A stretch of 64,000 bases of DNA from an uncultured Actinomycetota bacterium (GTDB lineage: Bacteria > Actinomycetota > Actinomycetes > Mycobacteriales > Micromonosporaceae). Under the pieces are notes generated by a model. The model searched no databases, was not told the origin of the DNA, and saw only the letters and a program-made list of their open reading frames with translations. This document shows positions 52,738 to 63,112 of the stretch, one piece after another; within the stretch, counting starts at the first letter, position 1; every line of letters starts with the position of its first letter. The stretch covers positions 5,455-69,454 of the forward strand of contig CAVUGC010000003.1 of the NCBI GenBank assembly GCA_963740955.1, read 5' to 3'. The translations under genes and the position numbers were made by a program.

Positions 52738-54584
52738 TTAGAAGGCCTCGTCAGGGAGGTCCATCGGCATCAGGTCCGCGGCCTCGACGACCTTGCGGTC
52801 GGCGGTGAGGCGCGGCAGGACCTCCTTGGAGAAGAACTTCGCCGCGGCGACCTTGCCCGCGGTAGAAGTCGTCGTCGGCGCCCTGCGTCCAGCTTGTTCT
52901 GCGCGATCTCGGCCTGCCGCAGCAGCAGCCAGCCGACCATCAGGTCGCCCACGGCCAGCAGCAGGCGCCGCGAGTGCAGGCCCGCCTTGTACAGCTCGCG
53001 CGGCTCGTCGCCCATCGCGGCCATGAGCGCCGGCTGCAGCGCCTCGAGGATGCCCTGCACGTCGCCGAGCGCGCGCAGGACCTTGCCGCGCACCGTCTTC
53101 GAGCTCCGCGTGGCCGTCCTGCGTGGACTCCATGATCTCGCCCGCGACGACCATGAGCGACTCGCCGTTGTCCTTGATGATCTTGCGGAACAGGAAGTCG
53201 AGGCTCTGGATCGCGGTGGTGCCCTCGTACAGCGTGTCGATCTTCGCGTCGCGCACGTACTGCTCGAGCGGGTAGTCCTGGAGGTAGCCCGGACCCGCCG
53301 AACGTCTGCAGCGACCTCGTCGCTCAGCAGCTGGTACGCCCGCTCCGAACCGCAGCCCTTGACGAGCGGCAGCAGCAGGTCGTTGACCTTCTTCGCGGTC
53401 TCGGCCGCCGTCCTCGTCGCCGTCGATCTCGGCCAGGCGGGCCTTGTCCTGCCAGGAGGCGGTGTACGCGACGAGCGCGCGCAGGCCCTCGGCGTAGCTC
53501 TTCTGCATGAGCAGCGAGCGGCGCACGTCCGGGTGCTTGATGATCGGCACGCGCGGCGAGGCCTTGTTCGCGGATCTGGAGCAGGTCCGGGCCCTGGATG
53601 CGGCTCTTCGCGTAGTCGAGCGCGTTGAGGTAGCCGATGGAGAGCGTGGCGATGGCCTTGGTGCCCACCATCATCCGCGCGTACTCGATGATGAGGAACA
53701 TCTGGCGGATGCCCTCGTGCTTCTCGCCGAGGAGCCAGCCCTTCGCGGGGGACTTCTCGCCGAAGGTGAGCTCGGCGGTCGCCGAGACCTTGAGGCCCAT
53801 CTTGTGCTCGATGTTGGTGACGTTGACGCCGTTGCGCTCGCCGAGCTCGCCCGTGGCCGGGTCGAACAGGTACTTGGGCACGATGAACAGGCTCAGGCCC
53901 TTGGTGCCGGGGCCGCCGACGCCCTCTTCGCCCACGGGGCGGGCGAGGACGTAGTGGACGATGTTGCTCGGTCATGTCCTGGTCGCCCGAGGTGATGAAC
54001 CGCTTGACGCCCTCGATGTGCCAGGAGCCGTCGGGCTGCTTGTAGGCCTTGGTGGTGCCGGCGCCCACGTCGGAGCCCGCGTCGGGCTCGGTGAGGACCA
54101 TCGTGGCGCCCCAGCCCTTCTCGATGAAGAGCTTGGCCCATTCCTGCTGCTCGGCGGTGCCCTCGACGTACGCGCTGTGCGCGAAGGAGGAGCCGGCGGC
54201 GTACATCCACAGGGCCGGGTTGGCGCCGAGCACGAGTTCGGCGAGGGACCACCAGAGCATGCGCGGCGCGCTGGTGCCGCCGAGGACCTCGGGGAGGTCG
54301 AGGCGCCAGTACTCGGCGTCGATGAACGCCTTGTAGGACTTCTTGAACGCCTCCGGCAGCGTCACCGAGTTGGTGGCGGCGTCGAACACGGGCGGGTTGC
54401 GGTCGCCCTCGACGTAGCTGGCGGCCAGCTCCTCCTCGGACAGGCGTGCCAGTTCGGTCAGGATCTCGCGGGCGGTCGCCTCGTCCAGGTCCGCGAAGGC
54501 CGGATTGTCGAGAATCTTGTCCGCTCCGAAGACCTCGAAGAGATTGAACTCCAGATCCCGGAGGTTGTGGCGGAAGTGCGTCAT
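52738..54584 (-). CDS. Acyl-CoA dehydrogenase, FadE5-like (multiple apparent frameshifts)
   Basis: [69 protein letters not shown]. Confidence 0.92.
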
Positions 54585-54596
54585 TGCGGGTCCTCC

Positions 54597-54637
54597 ATTA
54601 CTCGGTGGTAACCACCATCATATTACCCGTCAGTAGC
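54597..54637. promoter_or_regulatory. Two TTAC-N6-GTA(A/G) operator-like sites upstream of the acyl-CoA dehydrogenase
   Basis: ATTACTCGGTGGTAAC and ATTACCCGTCAGTAGC. Confidence 0.55.
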
Positions 54638-55100
54638 CGAGCTCAAGTATCCCGCGCCGAAGATCGCCGGAACAAGCCCGGAACGAGGAGAAAGCCGTCG
54701 GATATCGAGCTGATGCGACGAGCGGCCGTTCCTTCGATCGGGTGAGCGTTCCGAGAGTTCGGCCCGGACTCGCCGTAACCTGCGCACCCGTGCCTCGTTG
54801 AACCGAAGGACAGACCGCTTGTGCGAACACCGGGAGCACTTATGATCCGAGCCGTCGCCGACCGCATCGCCTCGCGCGCACGACCCGCCTACATCGGCCG
54901 GCACCGCCGCGCCAGGCCCGTCCTCCACCGGGTCTTCCGCGTGCCCGTCATGGCCGCGGCCGTCGAGGAGGCCGCGCCGTGAACATCCGCCGCGAACCCC
55001 CCGTCCGCCTCACCAAGCGACGCCGCGCGTTCTCGCGGATGCGCCGGCTGCGCCGCTGCCGCATCGGCCAGCCCGCGCAAGGCCGCTGAGCCGCTGCCCC

Positions 55101-56206
55101 TCAGCCGGTGTCCGGCCGGTAGTCCAGCAGCAGCAGCGCGATGTCGTCCGTCAACGGGCCGCCCACCCAGCGGCGCAGCGCCGACTCCAGCGACGCCAGC
55201 CCGTCGCCCACATTCCCGTGGCCGATCAGGCTCCAGGCCCGCTCGCGGATCGGGAAGAACTCCCCGTCCTTGCGCGCCTCCGCCAAACCGTCCGTGTACA
55301 GGAAGATCCGGTCCCCCGGCTGCAGCCGCACCGTCAACTCCCGCGCCGACGGGTTCAACCCCAGCGGCGGCGCCATCGACTCCGGCTCCAGATACGTGGC
55401 CACCCCGTCGCGCACCAGCATCGGCGGCGGGTGCCCGCAGTTCACGATCTCCAACGTCCCGCCGCGCTCCTGCAGCAGGATCGCGGTCACGAAGTCCTCG
55501 TCGCCCGCGTTGCGCGCCACCGCGTGGTCCAGATCGTTGATCATGCAGCGCTGATCGGCCCGCTCGAACGCCACATGCCGGTACGAGCCGAGCACCGTCG
55601 ACGACAGCCGCACCGCGTCCAGGCCCTTCCCGCGCACGTCGCCGATGATGATCCGCACCCCGTAACTCGGTGTTCAGGGCCTCGTACAGGTCGCCGCCGA
55701 TCTCCGCGCCCGACCGCGCCGAGACGTACCGGGCGGCGATGTCGAAGGGCCCCAGCCGCTCCCCGATCGGCCGCAGGATCGCCTGCTGCACCACCGAGGC
55801 CAGCTGCGTCAGCCGCTTCATCCGCTCGTCGTCGCGCTCGCGCACGATCGCCACCGCCGCCGAGATCACCACGGCCACCGCCACGACCAGGAAGTCCACG
55901 CCGTGCGAGACCACGCCGTGACATCGCGAAGTCGTACAGGATCCAGAGGTAGACGAAGGCCGCCGCCATGCTCGCGAGCCCGACCCCGGCCACCCACCGC
56001 CACGGCAGGAACGCCGAGGCCGCCAAAGGAGGCAGCGCCAGCCACGAGACCGCGTGCGAATCGTCGCGCACGGTCAGTCGCAGTCCGACCAGGACCACCA
56101 CGACCGCGAACGCGGCGGTGAACGCCGTCCGCACCGAGGGCGCCGACCAGCCTTGCCAGCGGTCAGCGCGCGCCATCTCGGGCCTCCGTCGCAGCATAGT
56201 GCGCAT
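55101..56206 (-). CDS. Membrane-bound PP2C/SpoIIE-family phosphatase (frameshifts near 55920 and 55665)
   Basis: GGAAGGAGG RBS; TM region; IGGDLYE, IGDVRGKG, VNCGHPPP, YTDGLAEAR, DDIALL. Confidence 0.85.
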
Positions 56207-56765
56207 GTGGGTGAATGCCTCCTTCCTACCGGATCGCGGCCGGGTCGCCCGCGCGTTCGCAGAAGCTCCTGCGCGGGAGGTCCGGATTCGGGCGCGGGCG
56301 GTCCCGAGCCCCGGGCGCGCCCGGCCGGAGCCGGGGGGATGTGCGTACCCGCGTGCGGTCGAGGGCGAAGCGGCACCGGGATCACCGCCCTGCGAATGCA
56401 AGTCGCAAGCGTCGCCAAGCACCAGACTTCGACCATCGTCGATGGAGTGCCCGGGATGCCGGACCCGATTTCGACCATCGCCGATGTGAAGATCGTAATG
56501 GTCCGCGCGCGCGCTACCGGGCTTGGAGGACGCTGCCGGAGCGGTGAGCGACGAAGTCTGTGCGTTCGGTCGGCCGCAGCCGCCGAACGGAACCTCGGGC
56601 CTCATCTGTTCGGACGGTACCGAACCGTCCTGAACTGCGCACTCGGCGCCGCCGCGAGGATGCGGCCCGGCTCCGCCCGCACCCGCCGGGACCCGCGAGG
56701 GCAAGGCACGCAGCGTGATCAAACGCGCTGGCGTCGGTCACGGCGGTTATGCGAAAGTTGATCAC

Positions 56766-57237
56766 GTGCAGTACACGCTTTCGCAGACCCGGTTCGACAA
56801 CCCTGTGGCGCAGACGCTCTGCGCCGAACTGCAGGAGGAGTACGTCCGCCGCTACGGCGGGGGCGACGAGACGCAGCTGGGCGAGGACGACTTCCACCCG
56901 CCGAACGGCGACTTCATCGTGGCCTACGACGAGACGGGCGAGCCGGCCGGCTGCGGCGGCTGGCGGTCCCACGAGGACGACGCGCGAGATGAAGCGCGTC
57001 TACGTCCGCGAGAGCGCCCGGCGTCAGGGCCTGGCCCGGCTCCTCGTTGCGGCCGTGGAGGCCTCGGCGACCCAGGCCGGACGCAAGCGCCTCATCCTCG
57101 AGACCGGCCCGCGCCAGCCCGAGGCCGTCGCCATGTACGGCGCCCTCGGCTACGTGCCGGTGACGCCCTTCGGCCACTACGCCTGCACCGACGGCTCCCT
57201 CCACCTGGGCAAGGAGCTCCGCTCACAGCGCGGGTGA
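56766..57237 (+). CDS. GNAT family N-acetyltransferase (frameshift near 56985)
   Basis: EYVRRYG, PAGCGG, EMKRVYV..ARRQGLAR, LETGPRQPEAVAMY. Confidence 0.85.
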
Positions 57238-57444
57238 ACCGCCGCTCACGTTGCGGCGGGGCGGCATGACGACCGGACGGGACCACGGCCCGTCCGGTCG
57301 TTCCCGTTGCCCCGGAAGACGTTTGCCTTTTAACTCTCTAAAAGTTCTTTCCCTCTCACGCAACCATCAATCCCGCACACTGCGTCTTTCGGTCTAGGAC
57401 GGCCAAACGGTCTAACCCTCACATCCACCCCGAAAGGATTCACA

Positions 57445-58290
57445 GTGGACAGGAAGAAGAAGAACCTGGTTCGCCTCGGCGCAGGTATCGGCGCCGTGGC
57501 CGGCGCCGCCGCCATCGCGTGGGCCGGCATCGCCGCCAACGCCGACGAGCCGGTCAAGCCCGAGGGCGACTTCGAGGCCCAGATCATCGGCGGCCAGCCC
57601 GCCGAAGAGGGCCAGTACCCCGCGCTCGTCGGCCTCGGCTCCGCGGGCGAGGGCAGCCCGTACGACCGTCAGTTCTGCGGCGGCTCGGTGATCGCCGAAG
57701 ACATCGTGCTCACCGCGGCGCACTGCGTCGAGGAATCCGCGGGCGACCCCGAGTCGCTCGTGATCTTCTCCGGCAGCGTCGACCTCGAGTCGGCCGACGT
57801 CGTCGAGACCTCCGTCGCGGCCGTGCACGTGGCCGAGGACTACAACGACCCGATCGCCATGGCGAACGACTGGGCGCTGCTCAAGCTCGACGAGCCGCTC
57901 GACGTGGAGCCGATCGCCCTGGGCACCGAGCCTGAGGAGTTCGACGTCCTCGAGACCGCCGGCTGGGGTGACACTGGTGAGGAGTTCCCGACCGTCGCCC
58001 AATGGGTCGAGGTGCCCTTCGTCAATGACGCCGACTGCGAGGCGGCCTACCCGGACGAGGTCGACGCGGCCTCCATGCTGTGCGCCGGTGACCTCGAGAA
58101 CGGCGGAGTCGACTCCTGCCAGGGCGACTCGGGCGGCCCGATCATGGCCACCGACGAAGACGGCACCAAGACCCTCGTCGGCATCGTCTCCTGGGGCTAC
58201 GGCTGCGCCGTGGCCGGTCAGCCGGGCGTGTACGGCGAGACCGCCGACTTCGACGAAGCGATCGACGAAGTCATCGCCGGCTGGGAGTAG
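57445..58290 (+). CDS. Secreted trypsin-like S1 serine protease (copy 1)
   Basis: Signal peptide; IIGG, CGGS, TAAHC, DWAL, DSCQGDSGGP, SWGYGCA. Confidence 0.95.
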   Translation: MDRKKKNLVRLGAGIGAVAGAAAIAWAGIAANADEPVKPEGDFEAQIIGGQPAEEGQYPALVGLGSAGEGSPYDRQFCGGSVIAEDIVLTAAHCVEESAGDPESLVIFSGSVDLESADVVETSVAAVHVAEDYNDPIAMANDWALLKLDEPLDVEPIALGTEPEEFDVLETAGWGDTGEEFPTVAQWVEVPFVNDADCEAAYPDEVDAASMLCAGDLENGGVDSCQGDSGGPIMATDEDGTKTLVGIVSWGYGCAVAGQPGVYGETADFDEAIDEVIAGWE

Positions 58291-58633
58291 CCGACCCTCG
58301 GGCTGGACACGGCAGGTGCAGCTCGACCGTTAACCCCAAGGGCCGCATGGCAGGCGGCTCGATTCACTCATAAGGACCAGGCGGGCCCCGCGCGACATGG
58401 GGCCCGCCTGGCGCCTTTCACGTGCCGTCCAATGTCGCCACCGGCATCGAACCGAAATGGACCTTTAACGGTTCGCCGTCCCCATTGCCATGACACGTTC
58501 GTAAATTCGGGCTTATTCACTGAAATACCGGCTCTGACTGGAATATATGAATATGAGGGATTTTCCCGTAGGCTCCTGAAAGGCAGCTCACAACGCCGCC
58601 GCTTTCGGACCACCCACTCGAAAGGAACTGCGC

Positions 58634-59443
58634 GTGCAGAACCGCAGAAAGACCCTCACCCGCCTCGGCGCCCTCACCGCCGCCGGGCTCGGCGTGGCCG
58701 CCCTGGCGCTCGGCGCCACCAGCGCTTACGCCGATGACAACGCCCCCAACGACATCGAGCCGAAGATCATCGGCGGCCAGCCCGCCGAGGAAGGCCAGTT
58801 CCCCTACATCGTCGCGCTCGCCGACGCAGGCGACCCCTCGTTCAACTTCTGCGGCGGCCAGCTCGTCGCCGAGGACGTGGTCCTCACCGCCGCGCACTGC
58901 ACCGAGGGCAGCGCCGCGGCCGACATCGTCATCCGCCACGGGTCGACCGACATCACCCAGACCGACGTCTACGACGTCACCGACATCTACGTCGCCGAAG
59001 GCTTCGACGGCTCGACGATGGTCAACGACTGGTCGCTCATCAAGCTCGCCGAGCCGATCAGTGGGGCCGAGACCGTGCCGCTCGCCGAGAGCGACACCAA
59101 GGACTGGGGCACCCTGACCGTGGCCGGCTGGGGCACCACCGAGTCCGGTTCGACCTCGCAGGACCTGCTCTACGTCGACGTCCCGTACGTCACGGACACC
59201 GAATGCTCCGGCGCTTACGGCTCCGAGTTCAACGCCGACAGCATGATCTGCGCCGGCGACCTCGCGAACGGCGGCGTGGACTCCTGCCAGGGCGACTCGG
59301 GCGGTCCGCTCGTCTCCGCCGACGGCGTCCTGGTCGGCATCGTCAGCTGGGGCTACGGCTGCGCGGACGCCGGCAACCCCGGCGTCTACTCGAACGTGGG
59401 CCTGCTCTACGACGACATCACCACCAAGCTGGCCGACTTCTAA
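58634..59443 (+). CDS. Secreted trypsin-like S1 serine protease (copy 2)
   Basis: IIGGQPAEEGQ, TAAHC, DWSL, DSCQGDSGGP, SWGYGCA. Confidence 0.95.
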   Translation: MQNRRKTLTRLGALTAAGLGVAALALGATSAYADDNAPNDIEPKIIGGQPAEEGQFPYIVALADAGDPSFNFCGGQLVAEDVVLTAAHCTEGSAAADIVIRHGSTDITQTDVYDVTDIYVAEGFDGSTMVNDWSLIKLAEPISGAETVPLAESDTKDWGTLTVAGWGTTESGSTSQDLLYVDVPYVTDTECSGAYGSEFNADSMICAGDLANGGVDSCQGDSGGPLVSADGVLVGIVSWGYGCADAGNPGVYSNVGLLYDDITTKLADF

Positions 59444-59459
59444 GGCCTGAAATCCGAGA

Positions 59460-59492
59460 GCGGCGGCGGGGTCTCCGGGCCCCGCCGCCGCG
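59460..59492 (+). terminator. Hairpin after trypsin copy 2
   Basis: GCGGCGGCGGGG..CCCCGCCGCCGC. Confidence 0.65.
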
Positions 59493-59530
59493 GCCTTGTA
59501 TACTTCGATCGGCTCCGTTCGCCGGAGTTC

Positions 59531-59604
59531 GCGGGTGTAGTTCACTGGTAGAATGCGACCTTCCCAAGGTTGAGAAGCGGGTTCGATTCCCGTCACCCGC
59601 TCCA
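59531..59604 (+). tRNA. tRNA-Gly (CCC)
   Basis: Acceptor GCGGGTG/CACCCGC, anticodon arm CGACC-TTCCCAA-GGTTG, GTTCGATTC T-loop, encoded 3' CCA. Confidence 0.95.
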
Positions 59605-59784
59605 CGAATGTCACGGCCGTCCCGGATGGGGCGGCCGTTTCGCGTTCCCCCTCGGACCTCGGCATTGCGCCTTCCCCTCCGACCTCGGCATTGAGCTGCA
59701 TCCATACCTCGATTTCCGGATCGCGGCGTTCGCGGACGGAGACCCTCTTCACATCCACGGTCCTCGCAGGTACTATGACCGCAT

Positions 59785-59818
59785 CGAAAGTTTCCGGTAC
59801 TTACTCCGAAACTTTCGG
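59785..59818. promoter_or_regulatory. Two CGAAA(G/C)TTTC(C)G operator-like sites (BxlR/LacI type)
   Basis: CGAAAGTTTCCG and CCGAAACTTTCGG directly upstream of the sugar ABC operon. Confidence 0.65.
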
Positions 59819-59850
59819 TTCACCCTTCATCCCTCGAGAGGACGACCTAG

Positions 59851-61131
59851 ATGCGCAATCTCCTCCCACGACCGCGAGCGCTGGTGGCCGCAGGTGCGGC
59901 CGCGATGCTCGTGCTGAGCGCCGCCGCGTGCGGCGACAGCGGCGAGAGCGACGCCGACGTCACCTTCTGGCACATCCAGAACGAAGACCCGATGAAGTCC
60001 ACCTGGGCCGCCATGGCCGACGAGTGGTCCGAGGAGTCGGGCCTCAGCGTCGAGACCTCCGCCATCGAGGTCGAGGACTTCAAGACCCGCCTCGCCACCC
60101 AGACGCAGGCCGGCGACCTCCCGGACCTCTACAACACCTGGGGCGGCGGCGTGCTCGCCGAGCAGGTCGAGGCCGGGCTCGTGCGCGACATCTCCGGGCT
60201 CCCCTGCCTCGACAAGGTCAACCCGATCGCCTTGGAGGCGTACACGATCGACGGGAAGCTGTACGCGATCCCGTTCGACCAGGGCGTCGTCGGGTTCTGG
60301 TACAACAAGGACCTCTTCGCGGAGGCCGGCATCACCACCCCGCCGACCACGTGGACCGAGTTCACCGAGGACGTGCAGACCCTCAAGGACGCCGGGATCA
60401 CCCCGATCGCGCTCGGCGGCGGCGACAAGTGGCCCATCCACTACTACTGGACCTACCTCGCGATGCGCCTCGCGGGCCTCGACGGCCTCGAAGCCGCCGC
60501 CGAGGCCGGGGACTTCTCCGACCCGGCGTTCGTCGAAGCCGGTGAGCTCCTCGGCGACCTCGCGGCCATGGAGCCCTTCCAGGAGGGCTTCGAATCCGCC
60601 ACGTACGGCGAGGCCGACGGCCAGGCCGCCAACATGGGCGAGGGCATCGCCGCCATGGAGCTCATGGGCCAGTGGGGCCCGCAGGTCCAGCGCGACGCCT
60701 CCGGCACCGAGGGCATCGGCGAGAGCCTCGGCTTCTTCCCCTTCCCCGCGGTCGAAGGCGGGCCGGGCACGGCCACCGAGTTCCTCGGCGGCGGCGGCGG
60801 CTTCGCGGCGGGCGCCGAAGCGCCGGACGAGATCGAGGACTTCATGTGCTACCTCCTCGAAGAGGAGAACCAGGCCCGCTCGGTCAAGGACGGCAACATG
60901 TCCACCGTGGCCTCCAACCCCGAAGCGGTCCTGCCCGATCCCAACCACGAGCAGCAGGCCGTGATCGACGCGATGGCCACCGCCACCGACACGCAGCTGT
61001 ACCTCGACCAGGCCTACCCGCCGTCGATCGGCTCCACGATCAACGACGCCTCGCAGGGCCTGATCCTCGGCGAACTCTCCTCCGAGGACTTCATCGCGAT
61101 GGTCAACGAGGCCTGGGCGGCCGAGCAGTGA
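59851..61131 (+). CDS. Sugar ABC transporter substrate-binding lipoprotein (BxlE-like, xylo-oligosaccharide)
   Basis: Lipobox AAAC; PDLYNTWGGGVL..QV.AGLV, GFWYNKDLF, AAMELMGQW, LYLDQAY. Confidence 0.88.
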   Translation: MRNLLPRPRALVAAGAAAMLVLSAAACGDSGESDADVTFWHIQNEDPMKSTWAAMADEWSEESGLSVETSAIEVEDFKTRLATQTQAGDLPDLYNTWGGGVLAEQVEAGLVRDISGLPCLDKVNPIALEAYTIDGKLYAIPFDQGVVGFWYNKDLFAEAGITTPPTTWTEFTEDVQTLKDAGITPIALGGGDKWPIHYYWTYLAMRLAGLDGLEAAAEAGDFSDPAFVEAGELLGDLAAMEPFQEGFESATYGEADGQAANMGEGIAAMELMGQWGPQVQRDASGTEGIGESLGFFPFPAVEGGPGTATEFLGGGGGFAAGAEAPDEIEDFMCYLLEEENQARSVKDGNMSTVASNPEAVLPDPNHEQQAVIDAMATATDTQLYLDQAYPPSIGSTINDASQGLILGELSSEDFIAMVNEAWAAEQ

Positions 61132-62105
61132 CCGCAGTGAGCACCAAGCCCCCGGCGCCGGCTTCGGCCGGCGTCGGGGGCGCTCCCCGCAGCAAGGGCA
61201 GGGGCCGGCGTCCCAGTGCCGGCACGATGACCGTGTTCATCGCCCCGGCCCTGATCCTCTTCGCCCTCTTCGTGCTCTTCCCGGTCCTGTTCGCCGCCTA
61301 CACCGCGTTCTTCCGCTGGAACGGGCTCGGCGGCCTGCCCACCGAGTTCGTGGGCCTGGAGAACTTCAAGGCCCTCATCGGGGACGAAGTGTTCCTCGGC
61401 GACATGTGGCGGATCGCCCTCATCACGATCCTCTCCATCGCAGTGCAGCTGCCGCTCGCCTTCGGCCTCGCGATGCTCCTGCACCAGAACTTCCCCGGCC
61501 GCACCGCGTTCCGGCTCCTGTTCTTCGTGCCGTACATCCTCACCGAGGCCGTCACGGCCGTCCTCTTCGGACTCATCTTCTCGCCGCGCCGCGGCTTCGC
61601 CGACTCGCTCCTCGCCGGGCTCGGCTTCGACGGGGGCATCGGCTGGCTCTCCGACCGCGGCATCGTCATCTTCGTGCTGTTCGGGATCCTCACCTGGAAG
61701 TTCTTCGGCTTCCACATGATCCTGTACCTGGCCGGGCGCCAGAACATCCCCGAGGAGCTCTACGAGGCCGCCAAGGTCGACGGCGCCACCGGCAAGCAGC
61801 TCTTCCGGCACATCACGCTGCCCCTCATGGGCCCGACCATCCGCATCACCGTGTTCCTCTCGGTGATCGGCACCGTGCAGCTCTTCGACCTCGTCTACGT
61901 GCTCACCAAGGGCGGACCGTTCCACGCGTCCGAGACCCTCGCGATCACCATGTACGAACAGGGGTTCGTGCGCAACCAGATCGGCTACGCCTCGGCCCTG
62001 TCGATCGCCATGTTCCTCGTCAGCCTCGTCTTCGCCCTCATCTACCAGCGGTACGTGCTGGGCCGAGACCTCCAAGGCTCCCTCACGAACGGAGGCCGCG
62101 CATGA
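61128..62105 (+). CDS. Sugar ABC transporter permease (BxlF-like)
   Basis: FVGLENF, ELYEAAKVDGA EAA loop; GTGA overlap. Confidence 0.92.
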   Translation: MTAVSTKPPAPASAGVGGAPRSKGRGRRPSAGTMTVFIAPALILFALFVLFPVLFAAYTAFFRWNGLGGLPTEFVGLENFKALIGDEVFLGDMWRIALITILSIAVQLPLAFGLAMLLHQNFPGRTAFRLLFFVPYILTEAVTAVLFGLIFSPRRGFADSLLAGLGFDGGIGWLSDRGIVIFVLFGILTWKFFGFHMILYLAGRQNIPEELYEAAKVDGATGKQLFRHITLPLMGPTIRITVFLSVIGTVQLFDLVYVLTKGGPFHASETLAITMYEQGFVRNQIGYASALSIAMFLVSLVFALIYQRYVLGRDLQGSLTNGGRA

Positions 62106-62944
62106 GCGCCAACACGCCGCGCGCGAAGCTGCTGCGCAACACCGGGTTCTACGTGGCCGCGTTCGCCGCCGCGGTCTTCGTGGCCACCCCGATCCTGTTC
62201 GCGCTCCTCGGCGGATTCAAGGACAACCAGCAACTGCGCGAGAACTCGCTCGGGCTGCCGAACCCCTGGAACTGGCAGAACTACGTCGACGTCCTGGCCG
62301 ACGCCTCGTTCTGGCGCCAGCTCGGGAACTCGGTGTTCATCGCGGTCGCGTCCACGTTCATCGTGGTCGCCGCCGCCTCGGCCGTCGCGTACGTCTTCGC
62401 GCGCTTCCAGTTCCGGGGCCGCGAAGGGCTGTTCACGCTGTTCGCGGCGGGCATGATGTTCCCGTTCGCGGTGGCCGTGCTGCCGCTGTTCATCATCCTG
62501 CGCACCTTCGAGATGCTCAACAGCCCGTTCGGGGTGATCCTCCCGCAGGCCGCGTTCGGGCTGCCGCTCACGATCATCATCCTGCGCAGCTTCTTCCGCC
62601 AGATCCCCGCCGAGGTCGAGGAGGCCGCGACCATCGACGGCGCCGGGCCCTGGCGGTTCTTCCTCCAGATCCTGCTGCCGATGTCGCGGCCCGTGCTCGC
62701 CACGGTCTCGGTGCTGGCGCTCGTGGGGTCGTGGAACTCGTACCTCCTGCCGCTCGTGGTCCTCAGCAAGCCCACCTGGCAGACGCTCCCGCTGGGCGTG
62801 ACGCAGTTCCAGGGCGAGTACGCGACCGAGACCGCGAAGGTGCTCGCGTTCGTCATGCTCGCGATGCTCCCGGCGCTGATCTTCTACGCGTTCGCCGAAC
62901 GCCAGCTCATCAGCGGCCTGACCTCGGGCGGCACCAAGGGGTGA
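62102..62944 (+). CDS. Sugar ABC transporter permease (BxlG-like)
   Basis: EVEEAATIDGA EAA loop, TLPLG, GLTSGGTKG; ATGA overlap. Confidence 0.92.
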   Translation: MSANTPRAKLLRNTGFYVAAFAAAVFVATPILFALLGGFKDNQQLRENSLGLPNPWNWQNYVDVLADASFWRQLGNSVFIAVASTFIVVAAASAVAYVFARFQFRGREGLFTLFAAGMMFPFAVAVLPLFIILRTFEMLNSPFGVILPQAAFGLPLTIIILRSFFRQIPAEVEEAATIDGAGPWRFFLQILLPMSRPVLATVSVLALVGSWNSYLLPLVVLSKPTWQTLPLGVTQFQGEYATETAKVLAFVMLAMLPALIFYAFAERQLISGLTSGGTKG

Positions 62945-63112
62945 GTCGTCCGATCCGCGACGGGCCCGGGGGCGTCAATTGGACGCCCGCGGGCCCGTCG
63001 TCTTTGCTTTCGGAACATCGAAATGCACGGCAGTCGCTTGCTGGAATCGCTGCGGCGCCCGTCGGCAATTATTCGTGGGAACCGATCGGCGGGCCGCGGC
63101 GTCCGAAAAGGC

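Noticed and set aside
49800-57240. Cluster of frameshifted genes as real pseudogenisation or programmed frameshifting
   Set aside because: Indels hit conserved genes (acyl-CoA dehydrogenase, PP2C, GNAT; also STAS, PrsW, MFS, SARP) while motifs and codon bias stay intact; most consistent with sequencing/assembly error. Needs a read check.
59560-59604. tRNA-Gly as an integration site
   Set aside because: No duplicate of the tRNA 3' end and no integrase seen in the window.
59645-59693. 22-23-bp direct repeat TTCCCC(C)TC.GACCTCGGCATTG x2
   Set aside because: Only two copies in a spacer after the tRNA terminator; likely a local duplication with no supportable function.
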